Origin: a virus
Lineage: Duplodnaviria; Caudoviricetes
Length of the DNA: 50,856 bases
IMG/VR virus record: IMGVR_UViG_3300028806_000015
Span: 1-50,856 of that record
Direction: 5' to 3' (one strand)
The position numbers were made by a program, and so were the translations under genes. This document shows positions 1 to 9,441 of the stretch, piece after piece. Each line of letters begins with the position of its first letter. The first letter of the stretch is position 1. The notes under the pieces are model-generated. The model was not told the origin of the DNA. It made no database searches and was given only the letters and a program-made list of their open reading frames with translations.

Positions 1-143
1 TAGGGCAAGAGGAGGTTCCATCAATATGAAAAAACAGGCAAAAAGATTGCAAAGTTTAGGGCGCCATGGAGATACAATCCTGGCTCATATCAATCCTATT
101 GAAGCTATGATGTTGAAGAGAATGGGTGGAAGTGGAACTATTA
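1..143. repeat. Terminal direct repeat (left copy); circular-assembly overlap
   Basis: 1-143 equals 50714-50856 except T17 vs C50730. Confidence 0.95.
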
Positions 144-1576
144 ATCCTCATACCAAATTACCTGAATTCGGTTTTATGGATAGTCTTATAGATTTTTCAA
201 AAGGACTCACGCATTTTTTAGGTCCTGTTGGGGATGCGATTGGAAATGGCTTACCTCACCTTTTTGGGGAAGCCGGGATTGATGAGATGGGGTCATCTCC
301 AGAGGCACCTCGTGCCCTTCCTCCTGTCCCAATGACATTGAATGATTGGTATAATAAAGTTCCTTCTCCAACTCTAGATGATTGGAAGAATGTGCCGCAT
401 GGAAGTAGTGTTCAGCCCTTTCAACAAAATACTCAGTATCCTGAACAAAATCAGTCAATGGATCCTTATGGATACAAAAGAGGAGGAATGACGCATCACG
501 AAACAAGTTTAGGGCATACTCTTTCTAGATTAGGTCGTTATGGTGATACAATGATTGCTCACATTCATCCTCATCAAGCACGTATGCTTCAAAGAGCTGG
601 AGGAAGTGGCACGATTAATCCCAGAACTGGATTGAGAGAATATGGACCTCTTCTCGGTTTTTTAGCACCTCTTGTAGGCAGCATAGCTGGTGCTGGGGTA
701 GCGGCTAATATAGGCCTTGGAGTTATGGGCGGACTTGCATCAACAGCGATTGGAGGAGCATTAGGAGGAGCATTGGGGGCTGGTATCACCGGAGGAAATA
801 TTGGTCGTGGAGCTCTTATGGGAGGTCTAGGAGGTCTTGGTTACGGTATGATGGGGCCTGTTATGAATATGGCTGGTGAATTCGGAATGCCAAATCTACA
901 AAATCTCTTGAATGCACCAATTACGGGAGCCGGGGCAAAAGGGCTGGGAGGCGCCCTAGGAGGAATTTTCAAGAGTAATCCCATGTTAGCACCTGCTTTA
1001 ATGATGGCAATGGATAGGCCTCGCAGAGAACCAAGCATAGGAGAGGTAATGGCTCAAATGCAACCTCCCCAAAGTATGAGAAGAGAATTTCCGAGAATCC
1101 GATGGGATCAGGTCGATGAACCTAGAAGATATCAAATGGAAGAGCCCAGACGATATAGAACCGGAGGTTTTATAACGGGTCACACTGGAGGACAGGCAGA
1201 TGAAGTCCTGGATGCGATTCCAGAGAATTCTTATGTTATCTCTGCGGATGTAGTAGCCGATTTAGGAGATGGAAATTCTCTAGCAGGAGCCAAGAAACTT
1301 GCTGAACGTTTTGAAGTATCACGTATTCCGCCTCGTTCTATGAAACATGTAAATCATTTTGCAAGAGGTGCGAGTGTTTCAGCGCGTGTTTCAGATGGTG
1401 AGTATATTGTGCCAGTTCATGCTGTGGTCTCATTGGGCAAAGGCAATCCTAGCATAGGAAGTAAAAAGTTAGATAATCTTATGAAGAATGTCAGACATCA
1501 TAAAGCTACTAAAAATTTCCCTCCCAAGGCAAAATCTATCGACTCTTATTTATCGTTAAAAAAAGTTAAAAGTTAA
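26..1576 (+). CDS. 3' part of a junction-spanning putative ejection/internal virion protein (full ORF 49653 across the junction to 1576, 878 aa); ATG26 may also be an internal start
   Basis: Frame is open from position 2 and continuous with 49653-50856; two GR[HY]GDTxxAH...GGSGTINP modules, a Gly-rich hydrophobic stretch and two C-terminal (SDGEY/ENSYV)...LGxGN modules; GAGGAGG upstream of ATG26. Confidence 0.8.
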   Translation: MKKQAKRLQSLGRHGDTILAHINPIEAMMLKRMGGSGTINPHTKLPEFGFMDSLIDFSKGLTHFLGPVGDAIGNGLPHLFGEAGIDEMGSSPEAPRALPPVPMTLNDWYNKVPSPTLDDWKNVPHGSSVQPFQQNTQYPEQNQSMDPYGYKRGGMTHHETSLGHTLSRLGRYGDTMIAHIHPHQARMLQRAGGSGTINPRTGLREYGPLLGFLAPLVGSIAGAGVAANIGLGVMGGLASTAIGGALGGALGAGITGGNIGRGALMGGLGGLGYGMMGPVMNMAGEFGMPNLQNLLNAPITGAGAKGLGGALGGIFKSNPMLAPALMMAMDRPRREPSIGEVMAQMQPPQSMRREFPRIRWDQVDEPRRYQMEEPRRYRTGGFITGHTGGQADEVLDAIPENSYVISADVVADLGDGNSLAGAKKLAERFEVSRIPPRSMKHVNHFARGASVSARVSDGEYIVPVHAVVSLGKGNPSIGSKKLDNLMKNVRHHKATKNFPPKAKSIDSYLSLKKVKS

Positions 1577-1588
1577 GGGAGCAGTACT

Positions 1589-2518
1589 ATGCCAGTTTCA
1601 GCGAGAAGAACCACCTCAGATATTCCTGAATGGCTTGATTTAGCACTCTATGAACAACAACTTGGTGGTCAAAGATTATCTAGACGTCCTTATCAGAGAT
1701 ATACTCCGAGTCAGCATGCTTATCAGCCTTTTCTTGAAAATCCCTATTTAAGACGTTATTACGATATGCAACATATGGGGATAGGTCAACCTCATATGAG
1801 AAGAGCAGCAGAACACCTAGAACAAGCAGCAGTTCCTTTTTCTAGAACTTATGAACAATATCTAGATCCCTATCTAACTGGTAGATTAGGTGATATTAGA
1901 AGAGAACATGAAAGAGCATGGACAGAAAGAATTCTTCCGTCAATTCAACAGGATCAAATTGCTAGAGGAATATTTCATACCAGAGGACCTAATCAAGCAC
2001 GAGAAAGCGCCCTTCGTAATTTAACGGAATCTCTTCAAAGTCAACAAAACCGATTACTGAGCGAGGCGTATGGACAAGCAGGGAGACTTCATGAAATGGA
2101 AAGCAGAGGATACCAATCTCTAGCCGGTCAAAGAGCCGGTCTTGGACAAGAAACTTCTAGACAACATTATATAGATCTAGCCGGTCAAAGAGAAGCGGGC
2201 GAAGCTCTATATCGACAAAGAATGCATGTGGAAGATTTGAAGCGTCAAGAACATGAACGACAAGTGGGACATGGCCTAGACCAATCTAGGATATATGGAG
2301 CAGGATTACGTGGTGTTCCGGTTCAGCCTTCTCAGACACAAGTAGAATATACACCGCCTGCGTCACATCCTGGTGTTATGGGCCAATTAGGCGGTCTATT
2401 AGCAGGTGCACAATCCCAACCTAGATTTTATAGTGCGAGGGGGGGTAGATTGACATTGCCAAAATCTGGATCTCGCAAGACTTCTATGTATCCTAGACGA
2501 TTTAAATTCCCTCTATAA
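1589..2518 (+). CDS. Putative ejection/DNA pilot protein
   Basis: 309 aa, Gln/Arg/Gly-rich helical, GGGAG RBS, located after tail genes as in P22 gp7/gp20/gp16 modules. Confidence 0.6.
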   Translation: MPVSARRTTSDIPEWLDLALYEQQLGGQRLSRRPYQRYTPSQHAYQPFLENPYLRRYYDMQHMGIGQPHMRRAAEHLEQAAVPFSRTYEQYLDPYLTGRLGDIRREHERAWTERILPSIQQDQIARGIFHTRGPNQARESALRNLTESLQSQQNRLLSEAYGQAGRLHEMESRGYQSLAGQRAGLGQETSRQHYIDLAGQREAGEALYRQRMHVEDLKRQEHERQVGHGLDQSRIYGAGLRGVPVQPSQTQVEYTPPASHPGVMGQLGGLLAGAQSQPRFYSARGGRLTLPKSGSRKTSMYPRRFKFPL

Positions 2519-2528
2519 GGAGAGACAA

Positions 2529-3665
2529 ATGATTTCTGATGCTTTGAAATATGTTATGAGCCAATCTCCTGCTAAACAAGGCCAACAGGAGGAGGATGTT
2601 TATGCTCCTTTTATGAAGCAAGTAAATCGACACATGCCAATACGTTCTGAGCAACGTGACGACCCTTATAGACGATATATGGCTAAATTTGCTTCTATGA
2701 TGGGACAACCTGTTCCTGCAGGTACTTATGAGAACAGTGTGGCAGGGAATTTGGCGAGATTCAATTCTGGATGGGCACCAGCTTTAGAGGCGTATGATGC
2801 AGAAAAAGCACGTATCGAGCAACAAAATGCGTTAGCTTTTAAATCTGCGCATCAAATGAGGGAATCACAATTACAGCGAGAAATGAAAAGACAAGAGCAT
2901 GAAGATCTAGTTAAACATAGGAATGCCTCTTTAGCTGAGCAAAAACGATATCATGATCTTTTGAAGAAAACACAAGAATCTCAAATTCCTTTTGAGCCTC
3001 CTTCAGAAGAGCTTAAAAGTAATATGATCTCTATTTCAAGTAAGCCACTTGAAACTCAAAAGCATATTTATAAAGATGCCTATGACTATCAAAATAAAAG
3101 ACGTCCAGCTATTGAAGCTGCGATAGACAACTTGGATAGAATGTCTGAAATTATTGCGGGAAATGAGAATTTAACTAAAGGTTTGGGTGGTTTATTAAAG
3201 CAACATAATTCTAAAGGTTTTTGGAGTTCTGCAGCCAATGCCATTGGAATGAATGCATTATCTAAAAAAGATGAAGCTGATATTGATGAATTTTTGCAGA
3301 AAAGAGCAGAGATAAAGAATTTATTAATTGAAGGATTGGCTGGAACAGGAATTAGGCCTTCTGTCTTTATGGAGCAATTAGAATCTGAACGTGTCGGAGG
3401 AAAGAATATTTCAGCAGAAGGCTGGTGGAGAGTGGGCAGCGCTCTCAGAAGAAATCTTGAAATTTTAAAACAAAAGAAAGATGCTCAAGTAAACGCAATT
3501 GAAAGATATAAATCAATTTTAACTCCTCAATATTTGAATAAAACTGGAAAGGACATTCCTTCAAATTATTATTTAGAGAAGTATAAACACAATCCTAAAA
3601 AAGAGTTATCAGATAAAGAATTAAATGCCATGTCTCCAGAACAATTAAAGGCTCTTTTACAATAG
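2529..3665 (+). CDS. Putative ejection protein
   Basis: 378 aa coiled-coil-rich ORF, AGGAG RBS, operon position. Confidence 0.55.
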   Translation: MISDALKYVMSQSPAKQGQQEEDVYAPFMKQVNRHMPIRSEQRDDPYRRYMAKFASMMGQPVPAGTYENSVAGNLARFNSGWAPALEAYDAEKARIEQQNALAFKSAHQMRESQLQREMKRQEHEDLVKHRNASLAEQKRYHDLLKKTQESQIPFEPPSEELKSNMISISSKPLETQKHIYKDAYDYQNKRRPAIEAAIDNLDRMSEIIAGNENLTKGLGGLLKQHNSKGFWSSAANAIGMNALSKKDEADIDEFLQKRAEIKNLLIEGLAGTGIRPSVFMEQLESERVGGKNISAEGWWRVGSALRRNLEILKQKKDAQVNAIERYKSILTPQYLNKTGKDIPSNYYLEKYKHNPKKELSDKELNAMSPEQLKALLQ

Positions 3666-3676
3666 GATCATTAACT

Positions 3677-5599
3677 ATGGATGAAACATATCGTAAGCGT
3701 ATATTAGAGGCTTTGGCTCGTCAGGAATCTGTTAAAGCACCAGAAGGAGAATCTAAAGAAACGCATCCTACGGAATCTAGTGCATATAAGGATCGTATAA
3801 AAGCAATCTTAGCTCAAAAAGAAAAGACGCCTGAATTATCATTAGGTGAGAAAGCTTTAGATATATTATCAGGTATTGGGAGGGGGGCGTTGTCAGCAAT
3901 TCCTGCATCTGGCGCTCTTGATGTTGGGCGTTCTATTAATCCGGAACATTGGAAAAAGCAGAAAGAAGATGTTCAAGAAATCGATGAATATTTAAATGCG
4001 CCAGCTAAAACAACAGCGGGTCGAATTGGGCACAATGCTACCAATTGGGCAGTAGGAGCGGCTCCTTTTATGGGAGGAGCGTCTACATTAAGAGCGGCTG
4101 CAAAAGGGGTTGGAAAATCGGGTTCATTGGGCGCTCTTGCAGGGGCTTACAAAGAAACTGGAATGAACCCTGTTGTGGCTGATTTAATGGCTATGGCATC
4201 CCCTTATGCAATATCTAAGGCGCCTCAAGCAGTTTCGTCTGTGGGTAAGGGCATTGCATTTCCTTTTTCTAAAAAGGTTAGAGAAAAAGTTAGAACGGCT
4301 TCGGCGGAAAAACAACTAGCTTCTATTCTAGCATCAGAATTAGGAGAGAATCCGACAGCAGTTATTAACCTTCCTGAATATTTATCTAAGCTTCACGCAG
4401 GAGAAGATAAAGTAGATATTGGTAGAATTTTAAGGGGACGTACAAAAAGTGCTGTTGAAGAAGCCGAAAAGTTTAGAGAGCATAAAACTGCTCCTAAATT
4501 TAAAGAAGCAACATCATCTACAGAACCTTTCGCTATTAGTGAAACAGAAGAATTTTTGAAACAGGCTAAACATGAGAATATTGGAACTCGAGAAAGAACT
4601 TACAAGAGGAAGATTTCGGATATTGAAAATAAGAATTCTCATGAGAATTTGACTGTTGCAGATATGGAAAAAATTGCTCCAAATGCCACAAAAGAAGAGC
4701 AACAGAGTCTCTTAAACTTTATTGGTGAAAAGGGACTGGAATTGTTACCTATTCAAGCCCAAAAGAAGTTAGAGGCGCTTAATGATGAAATCGCAGCTGC
4801 TATTCATTCTAAGCAATTCTCTGAGGCTCGAGATTTAATGAAAGAAAAAGAAGCGCTTCTCAAAGATGTTAAAAATAATGCCCCTAAGTTAATTGAAGCT
4901 AGGAATGAATATGCTGAACTTTCGAAGCCAATAAGCGACATTACTGAGCATGATATTTTAGGTAAGTTTGTTTCAAAAAAGAAGAATGGGCAATATGAAT
5001 TAATGTTATCAGATATTCCTGATGTGGTTATGGATAAAGTTATTCAAACGCCAGAATATAGTTCTGATTTACTTAAGTTTGCATATGATAATTTATCTTC
5101 TGCTCAATTAACAAAACTTAGAAACTATATTGAAGGAAAGGTTGCTTTCATGATAAAGAACTCAGAGGGCAACATTAAGAAAGAAACTCTTCATAATTTT
5201 ATTCATGAAAATCCTGGTGCTTTTATTTTGAATCCTGGTTTAAAAAAGAAGTTAAGTAACATTTTCTCTGCTAATTCTTTTATTAATAAGATAGAGAAAA
5301 AATTTAGAACTAGTTCTTTCGATGATCTTCAAAAAGATTATCCTCTTAGTTTAATTGAAAGAATGTATCACAAATTTCCTCTTGTTGGCCCTATTTTTAA
5401 AAAAATTACAAAAATCAATCCTGTAGATAAAATGAACATAAGAGAGAAGGTTTTAAAGAATGTTGTTAATGACCCTGCTTATGCTCAAAAGATAAGACAG
5501 GCTGGAAATATTCCTCCTCTTTATGAAAGGATAACTCCTGGAACGTATTCTGCTTTACCTTCTCTATTAAAAAATATTGGCAGGAAGCCTTTAGGATGA
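3677..5599 (+). CDS. Putative large ejection protein
   Basis: 640 aa, Gly/Ala amphipathic N-region then helical body; last gene of the virion operon. Confidence 0.55.
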   Translation: MDETYRKRILEALARQESVKAPEGESKETHPTESSAYKDRIKAILAQKEKTPELSLGEKALDILSGIGRGALSAIPASGALDVGRSINPEHWKKQKEDVQEIDEYLNAPAKTTAGRIGHNATNWAVGAAPFMGGASTLRAAAKGVGKSGSLGALAGAYKETGMNPVVADLMAMASPYAISKAPQAVSSVGKGIAFPFSKKVREKVRTASAEKQLASILASELGENPTAVINLPEYLSKLHAGEDKVDIGRILRGRTKSAVEEAEKFREHKTAPKFKEATSSTEPFAISETEEFLKQAKHENIGTRERTYKRKISDIENKNSHENLTVADMEKIAPNATKEEQQSLLNFIGEKGLELLPIQAQKKLEALNDEIAAAIHSKQFSEARDLMKEKEALLKDVKNNAPKLIEARNEYAELSKPISDITEHDILGKFVSKKKNGQYELMLSDIPDVVMDKVIQTPEYSSDLLKFAYDNLSSAQLTKLRNYIEGKVAFMIKNSEGNIKKETLHNFIHENPGAFILNPGLKKKLSNIFSANSFINKIEKKFRTSSFDDLQKDYPLSLIERMYHKFPLVGPIFKKITKINPVDKMNIREKVLKNVVNDPAYAQKIRQAGNIPPLYERITPGTYSALPSLLKNIGRKPLG

Positions 5600-5839
5600 T
5601 TTATATCCATACTTTACCCATGATTCTTTTAAGGGAATGTTCTTTTTAGCCGGTTGTTTTCGGGACTTGCTTATATTTTTTAGGGGTTGTTGCTGTTGAG
5701 AAGGCGAAGGGTTGGGAGGATTAACCAAAGGCTCATTACTGATCCTGGTGGTGCTTTTCAAATCCTCTTCCCAATAGACGCTGTTAGAACAAGCGGTTAA
5801 GCTTAGCAATAGCATCCCCCCTAAAAAATATTTAATCAT
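5591..5839 (-). CDS. Small lipoprotein
   Basis: Signal peptide with lipobox LTAC (MIKYFLGGMLLLSLTACS). Confidence 0.7.
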   Translation of the reverse strand: MIKYFLGGMLLLSLTACSNSVYWEEDLKSTTRISNEPLVNPPNPSPSQQQQPLKNISKSRKQPAKKNIPLKESWVKYGYKSS

Positions 5840-5846
5840 TTAAGTA

Positions 5847-6107
5847 TTATTCTTTCTCAATATTGTTTAATTTATTTATTTCTCTTCTTATCCAGACTGA
5901 ATCAAAATAATAAGGAGTAGAATGAGTATAGGGACTATCAATCATTCCGGCATATTCCGATTCTCGAGACATTAGAATATCATTAATTATATCTTTCATC
6001 ATGTTTAAGATACGTTTAGATTGTTCCGATCCATCATATGTAAATTTGGAATCTCTTTCTAAATAAGTATATTTTCTTTCTTCCATATTATTTTTTATAG
6101 GCTGCAA
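5847..6107 (-). CDS. Hypothetical protein
   Basis: ORF tightly packed in the leftward operon; start may be the second Met. Confidence 0.55.
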   Translation of the reverse strand: MQPIKNNMEERKYTYLERDSKFTYDGSEQSKRILNMMKDIINDILMSRESEYAGMIDSPYTHSTPYYFDSVWIRREINKLNNIEKE

Positions 6108-6468
6108 AAGCAGATGTTTGTTTTGGGTCTGTCTTTAAAACATCTCCAGAACGTTTTTTAGGCTCTACGGTAGGCTTTGTTATTGTCTTTGATGGAAACA
6201 GTCTCCTACACACACCAGGCGCCTGTATTTCAACGGCAGAGGGTCTTCTCTCTGCACTGTTTGTTCTTGTTTTTCTAACTAAACGACAGGATGCTCCAGA
6301 AGGGATATTTTTTATATCTACCGGAATCTTTAAAGGAGATAGATTCGATTTAAATACTTCGAGAGCAGATCGTTTTGGCGTTGGGATTAATTGTTCTGGC
6401 GCTGTGTCTGATGCAAAAACAGAAGAAGTAATGGATAAGCATATAATGGGCAGTAAAAATTTTTTCAT
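6088..6468 (-). CDS. Sec-secreted protein, basic and disordered, with CRRLF motif
   Basis: Signal peptide MKKFLLPIICLSITSSVFA|SD; motifs TPKR, SPLK, VCRRLFP. Confidence 0.7.
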   Translation of the reverse strand: MKKFLLPIICLSITSSVFASDTAPEQLIPTPKRSALEVFKSNLSPLKIPVDIKNIPSGASCRLVRKTRTNSAERRPSAVEIQAPGVCRRLFPSKTITKPTVEPKKRSGDVLKTDPKQTSAFAAYKK

Positions 6469-6531
6469 TTTAAGTTTTCCTGTATTTAAGTGTTAAATTC
6501 TATATGTTAATTTTATTTTCCTCCTTTATTG

Positions 6532-7074
6532 TTAAGAACCGTGAAAAGTTTGAATAACTTTATCTGTGTCGTGTGTTTTTGGAGCATCCCCAAGGGGTGA
6601 GGTAAGGGAAGGGATTAATACATGATCCGCGGGGCTTTCTTTAGGGCTTGGAAGGGGATGTGCGGTAGTTGCTGATGCAGCTTCTCTTCTTCCAAATTGT
6701 ATTGCGCGCACTAGATAAGCATCTATAGCCTCTCGTACTTTAGTTGCAAAATCTTCTAAAAAGGCATCTGTTGGAACATAAGAACGTAGGGAGACAGAAT
6801 ATCTAAAGTCTTGGAGCATTCTGACTTCTTTTGCTGGTAGAACAAAGGAGAAGGAAGAATCAGCTTCGTCTTCTAAATACATGGAACTGAGAGGTCGCAA
6901 TAGAGCTTCTTTCGCCCCTGCAGTGACAAAAGGGCGAGGAGCATACACCTCAAAAAGAGAAGATAAGGTGTCAACAACAGCACTTTTGGGGGACTGAAGA
7001 GTCTCATCTTGCGCTGCCAAACAAATAGATTGCGTTAACAATAGAACAATAGCGGGAGTTAAAAACTTTGTCAT
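6532..7074 (-). CDS. Sec-secreted hypothetical protein
   Basis: Signal peptide MTKFLTPAIVLLLTQSICLA|AQD; Ser/Pro-rich tail. Confidence 0.7.
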   Translation of the reverse strand: MTKFLTPAIVLLLTQSICLAAQDETLQSPKSAVVDTLSSLFEVYAPRPFVTAGAKEALLRPLSSMYLEDEADSSFSFVLPAKEVRMLQDFRYSVSLRSYVPTDAFLEDFATKVREAIDAYLVRAIQFGRREAASATTAHPLPSPKESPADHVLIPSLTSPLGDAPKTHDTDKVIQTFHGS

Positions 7075-7388
7075 TTAGGATCTCCTTCTTCTTGAAAATC
7101 TGTTGAATAAATTGAACCTTGAGTGCTCACAGAATATGCCTCTGAGGCATGCGGAGCATACGACCCAGGGCCATGCGAAGCATATTGTTCTGATTTAGCG
7201 CCGACAGAATGAACATCGTCTTGTGTCTTAGTTACTAATTCTTTTAATACACTATCCATAGGAAGTTGATGAGTTTGTGTAGTGGGAATTTGAGTAACAC
7301 TTGATTGAGGACTGGGAGAGAATGGCTCGAGTAAAGGAGGAGCTGAGGATTCCAATAATAGAGCCACTGTAGGAAAGAACAACAACAT
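7071..7388 (-). CDS. Possibly secreted Ser/Pro/Gln-rich protein
   Basis: Hydrophobic N-terminus, GGGAG RBS, ATGA overlap with the next gene. Confidence 0.55.
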   Translation of the reverse strand: MLLFFPTVALLLESSAPPLLEPFSPSPQSSVTQIPTTQTHQLPMDSVLKELVTKTQDDVHSVGAKSEQYASHGPGSYAPHASEAYSVSTQGSIYSTDFQEEGDPK

Positions 7389-7454
7389 TTTACAATTCTC
7401 CCATCTCTTTTTAGTATACTCTCATTTAAGAGCTTAAGGTCATTTTTTTCCAAT

Positions 7455-7664
7455 TTATGCAAATCCTGTTTTAGAATAGAAAATTAAAAATTCTCCTGTG
7501 TCTTTGTCATAATAGCAATCTCCGTCATGGGCGACCTTTGATTCTTCTTCTCGCTGAGATGTGTTAATAACTTTCCATAAATAACCTCCTCCTTCAAACA
7601 TCTTTAGATTATCTTGCTCGATAAAGTGATTTATAATTTTCTTTTGTTCTTTAGTTGATATCAT
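7455..7664 (-). CDS. Hypothetical protein
   Basis: 69-aa ORF in the leftward operon. Confidence 0.5.
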   Translation of the reverse strand: MISTKEQKKIINHFIEQDNLKMFEGGGYLWKVINTSQREEESKVAHDGDCYYDKDTGEFLIFYSKTGFA

Positions 7665-7796
7665 TTCCTAATTTTTCCATTTTGTTCCCTGTAAATATTG
7701 TTAATATACATGGTTGAGCATAAAAGTTAAATAATGGCGTGATCCTTAACATTATTTAATTCTATGCTCAATTATATATACTTTTCATTTGTCTCT

Positions 7797-8057
7797 TTAG
7801 ATTTTTTTAACTATGTATTCTATTTCCCCTAACAGTAGATTCAGAGAATCTATTTGGTTTTGCTCTTCTTCCCCCACCCAATGGCATGGCCTTATGTGCT
7901 CCATCATCTTGTCATAAATAAAATTAGAAGCCTCAATAACAGCTAAAATCATTCTAAGATTAGTTACAAAAGGTGGATTGGACAAATGATAAATGATATT
8001 TTTTAGTTCTTTATAAATTTCTGAATAATATTCAGTGTTATATTCTTTATCTACCAT
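7797..8057 (-). CDS. Hypothetical protein
   Basis: 86-aa ORF in the leftward operon. Confidence 0.55.
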   Translation of the reverse strand: MVDKEYNTEYYSEIYKELKNIIYHLSNPPFVTNLRMILAVIEASNFIYDKMMEHIRPCHWVGEEEQNQIDSLNLLLGEIEYIVKKI

Positions 8058-8060
8058 AAT

Positions 8061-8330
8061 CTAATGCTTTGTCGGTGGAACCCAATTAAATAATCTACGA
8101 ATTGAATTCATGAGATCTGTCTCTGCTAATTTATTTTCATTTAGATGCACTTCTATATCATGTGTTGGAATAATCGCATTATTATAGTGGTTTATTATTT
8201 CATTTTTCTCCTCCTTCAATTCTTTTATTTCTGCCTTAAGCCTTCTTTTGATTTTACTAAGCATATTTAAAATAAATATTAGTGTAAAAAACATTAATAT
8301 TGGCCATATTATTAGAGCTATTGTAATCAT
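8061..8330 (-). CDS. Single-TM membrane protein with coiled coil
   Basis: N-terminal hydrophobic helix followed by heptad-rich segment. Confidence 0.6.
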   Translation of the reverse strand: MITIALIIWPILMFFTLIFILNMLSKIKRRLKAEIKELKEEKNEIINHYNNAIIPTHDIEVHLNENKLAETDLMNSIRRLFNWVPPTKH

Positions 8331-8363
8331 TTCATAAATTTCACTAGTACCAGTAACACAAAA

Positions 8364-8549
8364 TTAGTTGTCTTCATTATCTTGATCTAGCCATTTTTTA
8401 TTTTTTTCGTAACCTAATGGAGGGATTGGCTCGTTAAGAGCGTGCTGGCCTATTCCTATATTTTTACTTAAATAATCCGTTGTAGTGCTATTTAAATTGT
8501 CAAACATTTTTTGTAAAGTATCTGGGTCTATCTTTTTTTTTAAGCTCAT
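8364..8549 (-). CDS. Hypothetical protein
   Basis: 61 aa, ATGA overlap with the upstream gene. Confidence 0.5.
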   Translation of the reverse strand: MSLKKKIDPDTLQKMFDNLNSTTTDYLSKNIGIGQHALNEPIPPLGYEKNKKWLDQDNEDN

Positions 8550-9031
8550 CCATCTTTTTTCTCCAGAAGAGTAATTGCGTGCTCTTGTTTTATCATTGTG
8601 TAATATTTTCTTATATTAGATAAATCTTTTACGAATTCTTGATTTGAAGGATACCTTGCTTTAATAAAATTAATTAAAGATTCTTCCTGTTCTGTCATCC
8701 ATTGTGGCTTAATGATACTTAATCTAACCAATCTATCAAATTCATTCTTCTCCCATAAGATGTCCAGTAGGTTAAGGATTTTTCCATTGGTGTGATCTTC
8801 CTCTATGAGGCCATTATGGGGATCATCCAACAGCCGTTGCAGTTGGACCTGTAGGAAGCTTGTCATGCTTCTTTTTTGCATTCTGCCCATCAACATGATC
8901 CCATAATGCATTTTAGGATATAATCGAAGGCATATCTGTCTTTGGCCACCTGCGGACTTAATAGGGGTAAAATGTGTGCCCATAAAATCTCTTTGGAGAT
9001 TATTCATTTCTGGATTTACTTTAATATTCAT
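8546..9031 (-). CDS. Ribbon-helix-helix-like transcriptional regulator
   Basis: QICLRLYPKMHYGIMLMGRMQKRSMTSFLQ fits the beta-alpha-alpha RHH pattern; lies near the divergence with the replication gene. Confidence 0.55.
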   Translation of the reverse strand: MNIKVNPEMNNLQRDFMGTHFTPIKSAGGQRQICLRLYPKMHYGIMLMGRMQKRSMTSFLQVQLQRLLDDPHNGLIEEDHTNGKILNLLDILWEKNEFDRLVRLSIIKPQWMTEQEESLINFIKARYPSNQEFVKDLSNIRKYYTMIKQEHAITLLEKKDG

Positions 9032-9272
9032 CTGATGTTGTAAGAGTATTTTTAAGGCTTTTCTTTAAAGCGTCACCAGGAACTGTGACTATTTTTCCAT
9101 CCCTTTTGTCTCTAACTACTCTTACTTCTCCTGTTGTCTTATCTTTAGCGGTGAGCATCATTCTGGAAACCACCTTCGCGTTCGGCTGGAAAGGCTCTTC
9201 TTTGATCTCTTCAAGAAGTTCTCCTAAAAAGAGGTCACTACACCTCTCTTTCTCCCGCAGAAACTTGTCCAT
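9021..9272 (-). CDS. Hypothetical protein (start uncertain; ORF track extends to 9506)
   Basis: The MDKFLREK start avoids overlap with the primase gene and its promoter region. Confidence 0.4.
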   Translation of the reverse strand: MDKFLREKERCSDLFLGELLEEIKEEPFQPNAKVVSRMMLTAKDKTTGEVRVVRDKRDGKIVTVPGDALKKSLKNTLTTSDEY

Positions 9273-9441
9273 ATTGTATGTCGCTCTAAAATCTGTCTTC
9301 CATGTTTCTTGTATATAGCAATGTGATAGAAAAAGATATAAAAAAATATCATCACTTTTTGAAAATATCGTTTTACGGAATGATAAATAACTTCGTAGAG
9401 TGGGAATTATATTAATTATTAGCCAAAAAGGGAGATGATGG

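Noticed and set aside
207-1183. Short minus-strand ORFs here and similar ones within terL, portal, capsid and fibre genes
   Set aside because: Antisense or alternate-frame shadows of well-supported genes, without RBS or motifs
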